Source: Cyanobacteria bacterium M_surface_10_m2_119 (lineage in GTDB: Bacteria; Cyanobacteriota; Cyanobacteriia; PCC-6307; Cyanobiaceae). Taken from it: a stretch of DNA of 64,000 nt. Position 1 is the first letter of the stretch. Each line of letters opens with the position of its first letter. Shown here piece after piece: positions 47,155 to 55,265 of this stretch. The stretch is taken from NCBI GenBank assembly GCA_016882525.1, contig VGPU01000001.1, positions 77,378 to 141,377 of the forward strand. The letters run 5' to 3'. Both the position numbers and the translations under genes were made by a program. The notes below the pieces were generated by a model that was not told where the DNA came from, did no database searches, and saw only the letters and a list, made by a program, of their open reading frames with translations.

Positions 47155-50100
47155 ATGGCGGATCTGGGCCTCAGTCCGGAGCTCTCAGCGGTCAGCCGCA
47201 GCCGCCTCCTTGACTTCTGCCTGATCGCCGACATCAGCGGACTTGACCTGCTCGTCTTCGACGCCGCATCAGGCCGGTTTCTGGCCTGCAGCCCCTCGGC
47301 AGCAGAGCATCTCGGCTACTCCATCGATGAGCTGCTCCAGCTGCCGCCCGAGGCACTCGAGGCAGACCCCGATCACGACGCCGCCTGGGTGGCGGAACGA
47401 CGGCAGGAGCTCCTGAGCCAGGGAGGGGTTCTGTTCCAAGCGCGCCACCGCACGAAGACGGACGCGATCCTGGAGGTGGAGGCCAGCCATCGGGTCTTCG
47501 CCCTCGACGGGCGCCCGGTGATCCTCAGCCTGGTGCGCGACCGCCGTGCCGCCCAGGAACAGGAATCGCAGCTCCTCGAGCAACTGCACCTGCTGAATGA
47601 CGGCGAAGCTCTCAGTGGGATCGGGGTGTGGGACCTGCGCTTAGCTGACGGGCGGATGCGCTGGTCGGAGCAGATGCGGCGCCTCTGCCGCTCGAGCGCC
47701 GCCACTCCCGACACCACCTTCTGGGCCTATGGCGCCCTGGTCCATCCCGACGACCGCCTGCGCTGGCGCCAGGAGTTTCAGCGGGCCGTGAATCGGGGGG
47801 ATCCTTTTCGCCATCGGCATCGCCTGGCTTTCCTCGACGGCACCGATCTGCTGGTGCAGGCCGAGGCAAGCTTCAGCTATGACGACAGCGGCCAGCCCGT
47901 GCGGGCCATCGGCACCCTCAAGGATGTGAGTGAGGAGCGGCTGTTTCTGCAGGAGCAGGCCTTGGAGCGCTCCAGCGATCCCCTCACGGGCCTGCCCAAC
48001 AAACTGGCCAGCCTCGATGAACTGAACCGCCGCCTGAATGGGCGCAGTTACAACAACTCCCTCTCCCTCTTCAGCCTCGATGTGGATGGCTTCCAGGAGA
48101 TCAACGACAACTTCGGTTCCGATGTGGGTGACCGGGTGCTGCAGGTGTTGGCCCCACGGCTGCGCCAGCTGGTTGGCGAGCAGGCCTGGCTGGCTCGCCT
48201 GAGCAGCGATCAGTTTCTGATCGTGCTGGAGGACTAGATCAACTCCCTGGGTGATGCGATGAACCTGGGGCGACAGCTGCAGCAACGCTGGAGTCTGCAG
48301 AATCCGATCATGGGGGAACTGCCGGTGTTTCCCACCTTTTCGATCGGTCTGGCCACCTATCCCGAACATGGCCAGGATGCCAAGAGTCTGATCGAGTGCG
48401 CCAACACGGCGCTCACCAAGGCCAAGGCGCAGGGACGCATCCAGTTCTGTGCCTACTCCAGCACCATCAGCCGCCAGATTCAGGAGCGGATGGAGCTCAA
48501 TGCCGAGCTGGCCCAGGCGATCAACCACCATCAGCTGCGCCTCGTGGTGCAGCTGCAATTGCATCGCAACGGCCAGCTGGTGGGCGGCGAGATGCTGCTG
48601 CGCTGGACCAACCGCATGGGGGTCGCCGTGCCCCCCAGCCACTTCATCCCTCTCGCCGAAGAGAGCGGAATGATCCTCCAGCTTCTGCCTGGGGACTGAG
48701 CACCACGGTGCAGCATCTGGCTCGCTGGCGTCAGGCGGGTCTGCAGACCCCCCGTCTGGCCCTCAATGTCTCGCCACGGGAGCTGGAGATGCCGGGCCGG
48801 CGCTACATCAGCGCCCTGCTCGATGGACTCAGTGAACACAAGCTCAGCCCCGATCAACTGGAGCTGGAGATCACCGAAACCGCCCTGCTTCGCAACCCCC
48901 TGCTGGCCCGCGAGCAACTGCGCGTGCTCGCGGATCAGGGCTTCCGCATTGCCATCGACGACTTCGGCACCGGCAACTCCTCCCTGGAGCTGCTGCGCAC
49001 CCTGCCGGTGCACCGGCTCAAGATCTACCGCACCTTTGTGCAGAGCATCAACGCCTCACCCCAGGACCAGACGATCGTGCGCGCCACGATCACCCTGGCC
49101 CACGGCCTCGGCATGGAATGCATTGCCGAAGGGGTGGAAACCATCGAGCAGCCCCAGCTGCTGGAGGACCTGGGCTGTGATCTCTTCCAGGGCTATCTCT
49201 GCGGCCGCCCCATGGAGCTCGTCGACTTTGAGGCGCTGCTCCATCAGGCCCGTTCAGAGGCCGACCCTGCAGCCTCGCCTGCAGTAACGCCGCCCACCTT
49301 CACGCCCGTGCATCACCACCGGATTGGCGAAGGAGCCACGGTGCCGAGCACGTTCGAGCAGCTGGATCTGCTGCGGATGGCGTTCGACACCGCCGATGAC
49401 ACCTTCCTGCTCCTCCAGGTGCACCTGCGCCACGACGGCCACGTGGATGACCTGCTGATTCTGGAAGCCAACCAATCGGCATGCCGTTACATGCAGCAGG
49501 AGCGGGAGGCCATCGTGGGCCAGAGCATGCTGTCGATCTTCCCGCAGATGCAGCACAACGGCTTGTTGGATCTGTTCATTGATGCCGCTGAAAACAACAC
49601 CCCCTCCACGATCACCGACTTCGCCTACCAAAACCACGATCTCTTCAAAGACAACCGCTGCTACGACATCCAGATCCTTCCCACCAAGGGATTTCTGGTG
49701 GTGAGCTGGCGCGATGTCACCGAGCGCTTCCGCGCCGCCCGCAGCCTGGCGGAGGCGGCCGCCCTCTACCGCCTGCTCACCGAGAACATCGTGGAGGTGG
49801 TGGCGCTCCTCAACAGCAGCGAGCAGGTGGTGTGGGTCTCTCCCTCCCTGCAGCCGATGACCGGCTGGCAGCAGGAGCAGTAGCAGGGGAAGGCCTTCCG
49901 TGACCTCTTCGCCGCCGCGGAAGGGCGGCCGGAACCGGTGCACCTGGAGCGCTGGCTGCAGGATGCCGGCCCGATCCGCCAGGGACGGCTGCGGCTGGTG
50001 GATCCCAAGGGCGGCTGGTGCTGGGTGCAGCTGAGCGTGCGGCGACTGGGGGCGACCGGCACTCGCAACCAGGACCTCGCCGATGGCGGCCCATTCCCCG

Positions 50101-50678
50101 AGGTGGCCCTGGGGGGCGATGACGGCTATGTGATCACCCTCCAGCCCATCGACGAGCAGGTGCAGGAAGAGCGCCGGCTGCTCCAGCGGGCCAACACCGA
50201 TCCGCTCACCGGCCTGGAGAGTCGGGCGGTGATTCTCGGCTGGCTGGAACAACGGCTGCTGGATGACAAGCGGCGCACGGCCCAGCCCCTGGCCCTGCTC
50301 TTCTGCGACTTTGACGACTTCAAGGGCATCAACGACACCTATGGCCATGCCGGGGGTGACGTCGTTTTGCAGACGGTGGCCCAGCGCATCAGCGGCGTGC
50401 TGCGCCGCCGCGATCACGCCGGCCGCCTGGGGGGCGATGAATTCCTGGTGCTCCTCGATGGGGTGCAAACCCTGGAGGCGGCCCTGGGCGTGGCGGAGAA
50501 ACTGCAGCTCCTGATCAGCGAACCGATTGCCTGGGGCGATCAGCGCATCCTCGCGTCGGTGTCGATCGGCGTGGCCCTGCACGGCGCCGGCGAGGACGCA
50601 TCCCTGTTCCTCAAGCGGGCCGATCGCCACATGTATGCCGCCAAGGCCGCCGGCCGCCGCCGCGTTGTGGCCCTCTGA
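47155..50678 (+). pseudogene. Disrupted multidomain c-di-GMP signalling gene: PAS-PAS-GGDEF(degenerate)-EAL(degenerate)-PAS-PAS-GGDEF(intact)
   Basis: Four track ORFs (47155..48237, 48259..48699, 48396..49883, 49938..50678) join into one protein. They are separated by an in-frame TAG at 48235-48237, a 1-nt frameshift near 48684 and an in-frame TAG at 49881-49883. Domain text is continuous across every break. Confidence 0.8.
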
Positions 50679-50717
50679 GCCGGCCACGTAACTTGAGCGG
50701 GCCCTGATCGTGCCTGC

Positions 50718-51329
50718 ATGCGTGCCCTGCCGCTCCACTTCGATGCCGGCAGCGATCTGCACCGCAGCCTGGAGGCCTACGCCGCCGAGCAGGGGTTGCA
50801 CGGTTTTGTGATCAGCGTGGTGGGCAATCTCCGCCAGGCGGCCTTCCAGTGTCCCGGCCAGGCGCAGCCCACGGTGCTCCAGGGCGATCTGGAGGTGATC
50901 ACCCTTCAGGGCACTCTGGCCCCTGACGGCGTGCACCTGCACCTGAGCCTCTCGGATGGCCACTGCCAGGTGTGGGGGGGCCACCTCGAGCCGGGCACCC
51001 TGGTGCAGAAGGGGGTCGATCTGTTGGTGGGCGTGCTCGATGTAGCCGCGCCGGCGCCGGAGCAGGCGCCCAGCACCGCGGCCGCGGCGCCCCAGGCGCC
51101 GCCGGCGAGCGGTGAACGGGTGCAGCTGGTGGTGCGGGCGGGCTGTCCCTGGTGTCGCCGGGCCCAGCGCCTGCTCGACGGGCTCGGGATTCCCCACCAG
51201 GCCGTGGAGGCCACCAGCCCTGGACCGGTGCCCCAGGTGTGGGTGGATGGGCGCTGGATCGGCGGCTATGACGCCCTGGTCGACCTGAAGGTGCGGGGGC
51301 AGCTCCAGGGCCTGGGCCCGGCGCGATGA
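50718..51329 (+). CDS. PPC/DUF296 domain fused to a glutaredoxin-like domain
   Basis: The N-terminal ~135 aa match DUF296 text (LHFDAGSDLHRSLEAYA...LEVITLQGTL...HLHLSLSD...WGGHLEPG). After an Ala/Pro linker comes VQLVVRAGCPWCRRAQRLLD...VWVDGRWIGGYDALVDL, a Grx fold with a CPWC motif. Confidence 0.7.
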   Translation: MRALPLHFDAGSDLHRSLEAYAAEQGLHGFVISVVGNLRQAAFQCPGQAQPTVLQGDLEVITLQGTLAPDGVHLHLSLSDGHCQVWGGHLEPGTLVQKGVDLLVGVLDVAAPAPEQAPSTAAAAPQAPPASGERVQLVVRAGCPWCRRAQRLLDGLGIPHQAVEATSPGPVPQVWVDGRWIGGYDALVDLKVRGQLQGLGPAR

Positions 51330-52042
51330 GCGCCCTGGCCCTGCGTCTGAGCACGGCCCCCGGCTGCAGCCTGGCGATCAACGCCTACCCCCGCTTCCGC
51401 TACAACGCCAGCGGTGGCGGCGGGACGGGCGTTCTGCTGACGACCAGTGCTGGGGGATGCGCTGCTGATCGTGGTGGAGAGTCCCGCCTGGCCTGCCACT
51501 TTCCCCCCGGGGAGCTGGTGATCCCCCCGCTCAACTGGCGCAGCACCCGCCTGCTGGGCCTCCCCCTGCCCCCCGGCCTGGAAATCCGCATCGAACCGCA
51601 ACGCCTCGAGGGCTGGCTGAATCCGGCCGAGGGGGAGCTTGAGCTCCACTTCTCGGCCCGCTTCCACTTCAGCGCTGGTCCTTACCGTCCGCCCCACCTG
51701 CAGGTCGATGCCGTGCTGAGTACGGGCCCTTGCGCACCGGCTCGCCATCCCCGCTGGGGGCAGCTTCGCGGCGAGCCCCTGGATGGGGCCGGGAGGGGCC
51801 TGCTGGTGGGGGTGGCCGCTGTCCCCCCCTGCGGCGACCCCTGGCTCGATCGCTGGCTGGGGTTGCCGGGGGAAGCACTCGCCCAGCTGCGCGTCAGGCT
51901 CTCAGGCCAGGAAGCGATCGAGGAAGCAGCCCTCCGGCAGGGTGCAGTTGTGGAAGGCAAATCCCGCGAAGGGCTTGCCGGTGCTGCTGTCGAGCCAGCA
52001 GAGCAGGGCATCCAGTTCGAGCACCGAGGCGTCGAAGCCTGA
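51326..52042 (+). CDS. Conserved hypothetical protein
   Basis: 238-aa ORF whose ATG overlaps the previous stop (ATGA). The first ~190 aa have plausible composition. The last ~46 codons overlap the convergent PilZ gene, so the 3' end may be artefactually long. Confidence 0.5.
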   Translation: MSALALRLSTAPGCSLAINAYPRFRYNASGGGGTGVLLTTSAGGCAADRGGESRLACHFPPGELVIPPLNWRSTRLLGLPLPPGLEIRIEPQRLEGWLNPAEGELELHFSARFHFSAGPYRPPHLQVDAVLSTGPCAPARHPRWGQLRGEPLDGAGRGLLVGVAAVPPCGDPWLDRWLGLPGEALAQLRVRLSGQEAIEEAALRQGAVVEGKSREGLAGAAVEPAEQGIQFEHRGVEA

Positions 52043-52333
52043 ATGCAGCTGTAGCCGGGCCAGGGAGGGAGCCTCGAGCTCCAGCTCGCCGGAGAGCAGC
52101 AGGCACACCCCACCCCGGCTCACATCCCAGAGCATGCCCTCGCAGAGGAAGCCGTCGGGCGTGTGCAGCGTGCAGCGGAAGTGGGCGGCAGGCAGGGAAA
52201 TGGTGCGGCGCTCGTGTTCCCGCGGCACCTTGAACACCTCCGGCACGGCGTAGGTGCGCTGGCGTCGCAGCTGCGTACCCGAGGGTGGCTGTTTGCCCGA
52301 GGGTGGCGGAGACGGCGACCGAAAGCCAAACAC
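51902..52333 (-). CDS. PilZ domain protein (c-di-GMP receptor)
   Basis: 143 aa. It has the RxxxR motif (REHERR) and, 27 residues later, D-x-S-x-x-G (DVSRGG). The size is that of a single PilZ domain. It has a GTG start. Confidence 0.65.
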   Translation of the reverse strand: MFGFRSPSPPPSGKQPPSGTQLRRQRTYAVPEVFKVPREHERRTISLPAAHFRCTLHTPDGFLCEGMLWDVSRGGVCLLLSGELELEAPSLARLQLHSGFDASVLELDALLCWLDSSTGKPFAGFAFHNCTLPEGCFLDRFLA

Positions 52334-52343
52334 CAGCCACGCT

Positions 52344-52376
52344 GCAGATCTGCCTCAACCTATGCAGCCTCTGCAT
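52344..52376. promoter_or_regulatory. Two adjacent GCAG..CTGC palindromes just upstream of the PilZ gene start
   Basis: GCAGATCTGC (52344-52353) and ATGCAGcctCTGCAT (52362-52376) lie 11-43 nt upstream of the GTG at 52333 on the minus strand. They could be an operator or 5'-leader hairpins. Confidence 0.25.
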
Positions 52377-52482
52377 CTCCTGCCCAAAGGGCTTGACAGC
52401 TCCATCCCCTTCGTGACATTCCGTTCCATTCGCCGCAGGCCGCGGCAACCCCAGCAGACTGCACCCAGTCGCCAGACCTGCC

Positions 52483-52665
52483 ATGTCCGTGGGAGCTGTC
52501 TTCCTGGAGGCCCTGAGCACCGGCGTGATCACGCCGGCTGAGCTGCAGTGGCTCACCACCAATCAGCAGGAGTTCAACCGGGTGGAGGAGGCCACAGCCC
52601 TGCGCCTCGGCCGGCTCCTCGACGCGGGCACCATTCAGCTGGGCTGCCGGCTCATGCCGGCCTGA
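52483..52665 (+). CDS. Small hypothetical protein (60 aa)
   Basis: MSVGAVFLEALSTGVITPAELQWLTTNQQEFNRVEEATALRLGRLLDAGTIQLGCRLMPA. It has an ATG start, strong GC3 bias and realistic composition. It overlaps the convergent pgi stop by 14 nt. Confidence 0.45.
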   Translation: MSVGAVFLEALSTGVITPAELQWLTTNQQEFNRVEEATALRLGRLLDAGTIQLGCRLMPA

Positions 52666-54235
52666 GCTGGGTGAACACCAGCGACGGGGGTTCGGCCCAG
52701 TCGCCTTCCACCCGCAGCGTTGGATCGTTGGCACTCCGGTGCCGCAGGATCCAGAACAGGGGCTCGGGACTGGTTTCGTCTAAGTCGCGGGCCAGGGAGT
52801 CGAGGCTGTGGGGCTGGCCATCGGCGATCCGCTCCTCAAGGCGGGTCTGCAGGGAGAGCACGGCGGCGGCGGCCTTCTTGCCCGCCTCCACCCCGGGCTG
52901 GTCGTAGGCGTTGATGTCGATGAGCTCGGCGTAGAGGCCCACGGCCCGCTCGAACAGGGCCACCAGGGCGCCGAGATTGCGGGCATCAAAGCGGCTGAGG
53001 GTGATCGAGAGGCTCTGGCGCCCCCCCTCCAGCAGGGCGGCCCGGGTGCCCTGCAGGAAGCCATCGAGCACATCGCCGGGCCTACCATCGCCGGAGACCA
53101 CCAGATCAGCGGGGTCGGCGAGCACCTCGATGAAGGTGACGAAGAAGTTGTCGAGGCCATCGCGCAGTTGCTGCACGTAGGCGTGCTGGTCGGTGGAACC
53201 CTTGTTGCCATACACCGCCAGACCCTGGTGGACCTCCTCGCCCCGGCGGTTGAGGCGCTTGCCGAGGCTCTCCATCACCAGCTGCTGCAGATAGCGGCTG
53301 AACACCTCCAGCCGGTCGCGGTAGGGCAGCACCACCATGTCGCGGCGCCCCCGACCCTCGCCGGCGGCATACCAGGCGGCCGCCAGCAACGCGGCCGGAT
53401 TGCGCGCGAGCACGGGCACGCGCGTGAGCGCATCCATGGCGCCAGCTCCCTCCAGGAAGCTGCGGATGTCGACCCCCAGCAGGGCCCCGGGCAGCAGACC
53501 CACCGCACTGGTGATGCTCGTGCGGCCCCCCACCCAATCGAACATGTCAAAGCGGGCCAGCCAGCCCTCCCGCTCGGCGCGCTGGTCGAGCTGGCTGCCC
53601 AGCATGGTCACGGCCACGGCTTGCTCGGCCCACTGGCCCCCCAGGCTCTCCAGCCGCGCCCGCACCTGCTCCATGCCGATGCGCGGTTCGGGGGTGCTGC
53701 CCGATTTGCTCACCACGACCACCAGAGTGGAAAGCAGGCGATCCCCCAGGGAAGCGAGGGTCTCGCTGATCCCCTGGGGATCGACGTTGTCGATGAAGTG
53801 AAGCGGCAAGCCCCGATCCTTCTGGCCCAGGGCCCGCTGCATCAGCAGGGGGCCGAGCCCCGAACCGCCAATACCGATCCAGAGCACGTCGCTGAAGCGC
53901 CCCCGGGCCTGCTGCTCAGCGGCGAACTGCTCCATCCGCCGCACTTCCGCCTCGATGTGGTCGGCGATCGCCGGCTCGGGGGCGAGGGAGGGGGTGCGCA
54001 GCCAGTAATGGCCCACTTGGCGCTGTTCATCGGCATTGGCGATGGCCCCGACTTCGAGTGCCGCCATTGCGGCGAAGGCCGCGTCGAAGCGGGGCGCCAG
54101 AGCCTCCAGATCGCGTGCACTGAGCGCCATGCGGCTCACATCGAGCCAGATCTGCAGACCGGGGTCGAACCACAGCAGATCACAGAACCGCTGCCACTGG
54201 GTGGCCGGATGGGTCCGATCGAGGTCGGCGGTCAT
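52652..54235 (-). CDS. pgi: Glucose-6-phosphate isomerase
   Basis: The start is taken at residue 79 of the track ORF (MTADLDRTHPATQWQRF...). PGI text runs throughout (VLWIGIGGSGLGP, VVVSKSGSTPE, FDWVGGRTS, GNKGSTDQHAYVQQL). Confidence 0.93.
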   Translation of the reverse strand: MTADLDRTHPATQWQRFCDLLWFDPGLQIWLDVSRMALSARDLEALAPRFDAAFAAMAALEVGAIANADEQRQVGHYWLRTPSLAPEPAIADHIEAEVRRMEQFAAEQQARGRFSDVLWIGIGGSGLGPLLMQRALGQKDRGLPLHFIDNVDPQGISETLASLGDRLLSTLVVVVSKSGSTPEPRIGMEQVRARLESLGGQWAEQAVAVTMLGSQLDQRAEREGWLARFDMFDWVGGRTSITSAVGLLPGALLGVDIRSFLEGAGAMDALTRVPVLARNPAALLAAAWYAAGEGRGRRDMVVLPYRDRLEVFSRYLQQLVMESLGKRLNRRGEEVHQGLAVYGNKGSTDQHAYVQQLRDGLDNFFVTFIEVLADPADLVVSGDGRPGDVLDGFLQGTRAALLEGGRQSLSITLSRFDARNLGALVALFERAVGLYAELIDINAYDQPGVEAGKKAAAAVLSLQTRLEERIADGQPHSLDSLARDLDETSPEPLFWILRHRSANDPTLRVEGDWAEPPSLVFTQLRPA

Positions 54236-54366
54236 GGCCCTGGTGGTGGTGGCGAGCTGGCGAGGGAAACCTAGTGCTGATCCACAGCTGGCCCCTCGGT
54301 TAGGGCCGGCCCACAGACCGCTCCCCGGCCGCAGACAAGACCGAAAAAGTTCATTAAGCTCCAGCG

Positions 54367-55254
54367 ATGACCCGTTGGTTGGCTGCAATTGCGGGGAGAG
54401 GGGCCAGCGGCCCTGATACGGCGCCCGCCCAGACCCCCGTTGCGCTGCACCCTTCGACCACGACTCCACTTCGGCGTTTCCGGCGCCTGATCCCGATCGC
54501 CAGCAGCCTGCTGGTGGCTGCGCTGATGCCCTTCAGCGCCCCTCGGCCGCGCCCCTGGGTGGGGTTGGATGCCTCCCCGGCAGCTGAGCGCAACGGTGCC
54601 CTGTTGCCGGCCGATCCACTCCAGTTCAGCGCCGAGGAACTGGCAGAACTTCGTCGCCGCTTCGGCGTGCACGGGCCCCAGCCGCGCCTGGCCCAGCTGT
54701 TCAGCGACGGGATCGACCAGCTCCAGCCCCTCCGTCACCACACCCTCGGCCGCCTGGAGGAGCTGCGGCCGGTGATCCTGCAGGAGAGCCGCCGCCATCG
54801 CATCAACCCGATGCTGGTCACCGCCGTGCTCTTCGACGAGATGCGGCACGCCAAGCCCGGCGAGAACCACCCGATCGCCGCCCACTCGGGCCTGTTCCAG
54901 ACCCATGGCCTGGCCCAGCTGGGGGTGGGGGAGATGGTGCATCAGGGTCTGCTGCCGCCGTCCCCCTCCGCCGAGCAGCTCAGCAGGGCCCGCGATCAGC
55001 TGCTCGATCCCGAGCAGAACGTGCGGCTCCTGGTGGGCAAATTCGCCCGCTTGAAGGGTGCCCTGGAATTGCCTGAGGGCCAGATGCTGCAGGCCAGCGG
55101 CAGCGCCCACGATGCCAAGGGCCTGGCCACCCTGGCCTACCTGCACAACGGCAAGCTCGACTATCCCCGCCGCATCCTGGCCTCGATGCAGGACCCCGAG
55201 CTCCATGCCCTGCTCTACGGCCAGCGCAAGCCCCTGCTCTCCCCACTCATCTGA
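54367..55254 (+). CDS. Membrane-anchored hypothetical protein (possibly lysozyme/transglycosylase-like fold)
   Basis: 295 aa. It has one hydrophobic segment (LIPIASSLLVAALMPF) followed by a helical domain (ESRRHRINPMLVTAVLFDE ... THGLAQLGVGEM) that is weakly reminiscent of SLT-type domains. That similarity is an inference only. Confidence 0.5.
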   Translation: MTRWLAAIAGRGASGPDTAPAQTPVALHPSTTTPLRRFRRLIPIASSLLVAALMPFSAPRPRPWVGLDASPAAERNGALLPADPLQFSAEELAELRRRFGVHGPQPRLAQLFSDGIDQLQPLRHHTLGRLEELRPVILQESRRHRINPMLVTAVLFDEMRHAKPGENHPIAAHSGLFQTHGLAQLGVGEMVHQGLLPPSPSAEQLSRARDQLLDPEQNVRLLVGKFARLKGALELPEGQMLQASGSAHDAKGLATLAYLHNGKLDYPRRILASMQDPELHALLYGQRKPLLSPLI

Positions 55255-55265
55255 GGCGACCAGCC

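Noticed and set aside
48235-49883. Genome-wide TAG reassignment or pyrrolysine-type recoding as an explanation for the two in-frame amber codons.
   Set aside because: TAG is used as an ordinary stop by at least three well-supported genes in this window: purN at 58912-58914, the PHP gene at 17674-17676 and the alpha/beta hydrolase at 18976-18978. The same gene also carries a frameshift, which fits decay better. Local read-through remains only as a minor alternative in the findings.
49254-51197. A 647-aa minus-strand ORF lies opposite the PAS-GGDEF segment and the DUF296 gene.
   Set aside because: It spans two independent plus-strand genes and an intergenic gap. It has shadow-type composition, and the plus-strand domain text is unambiguous.
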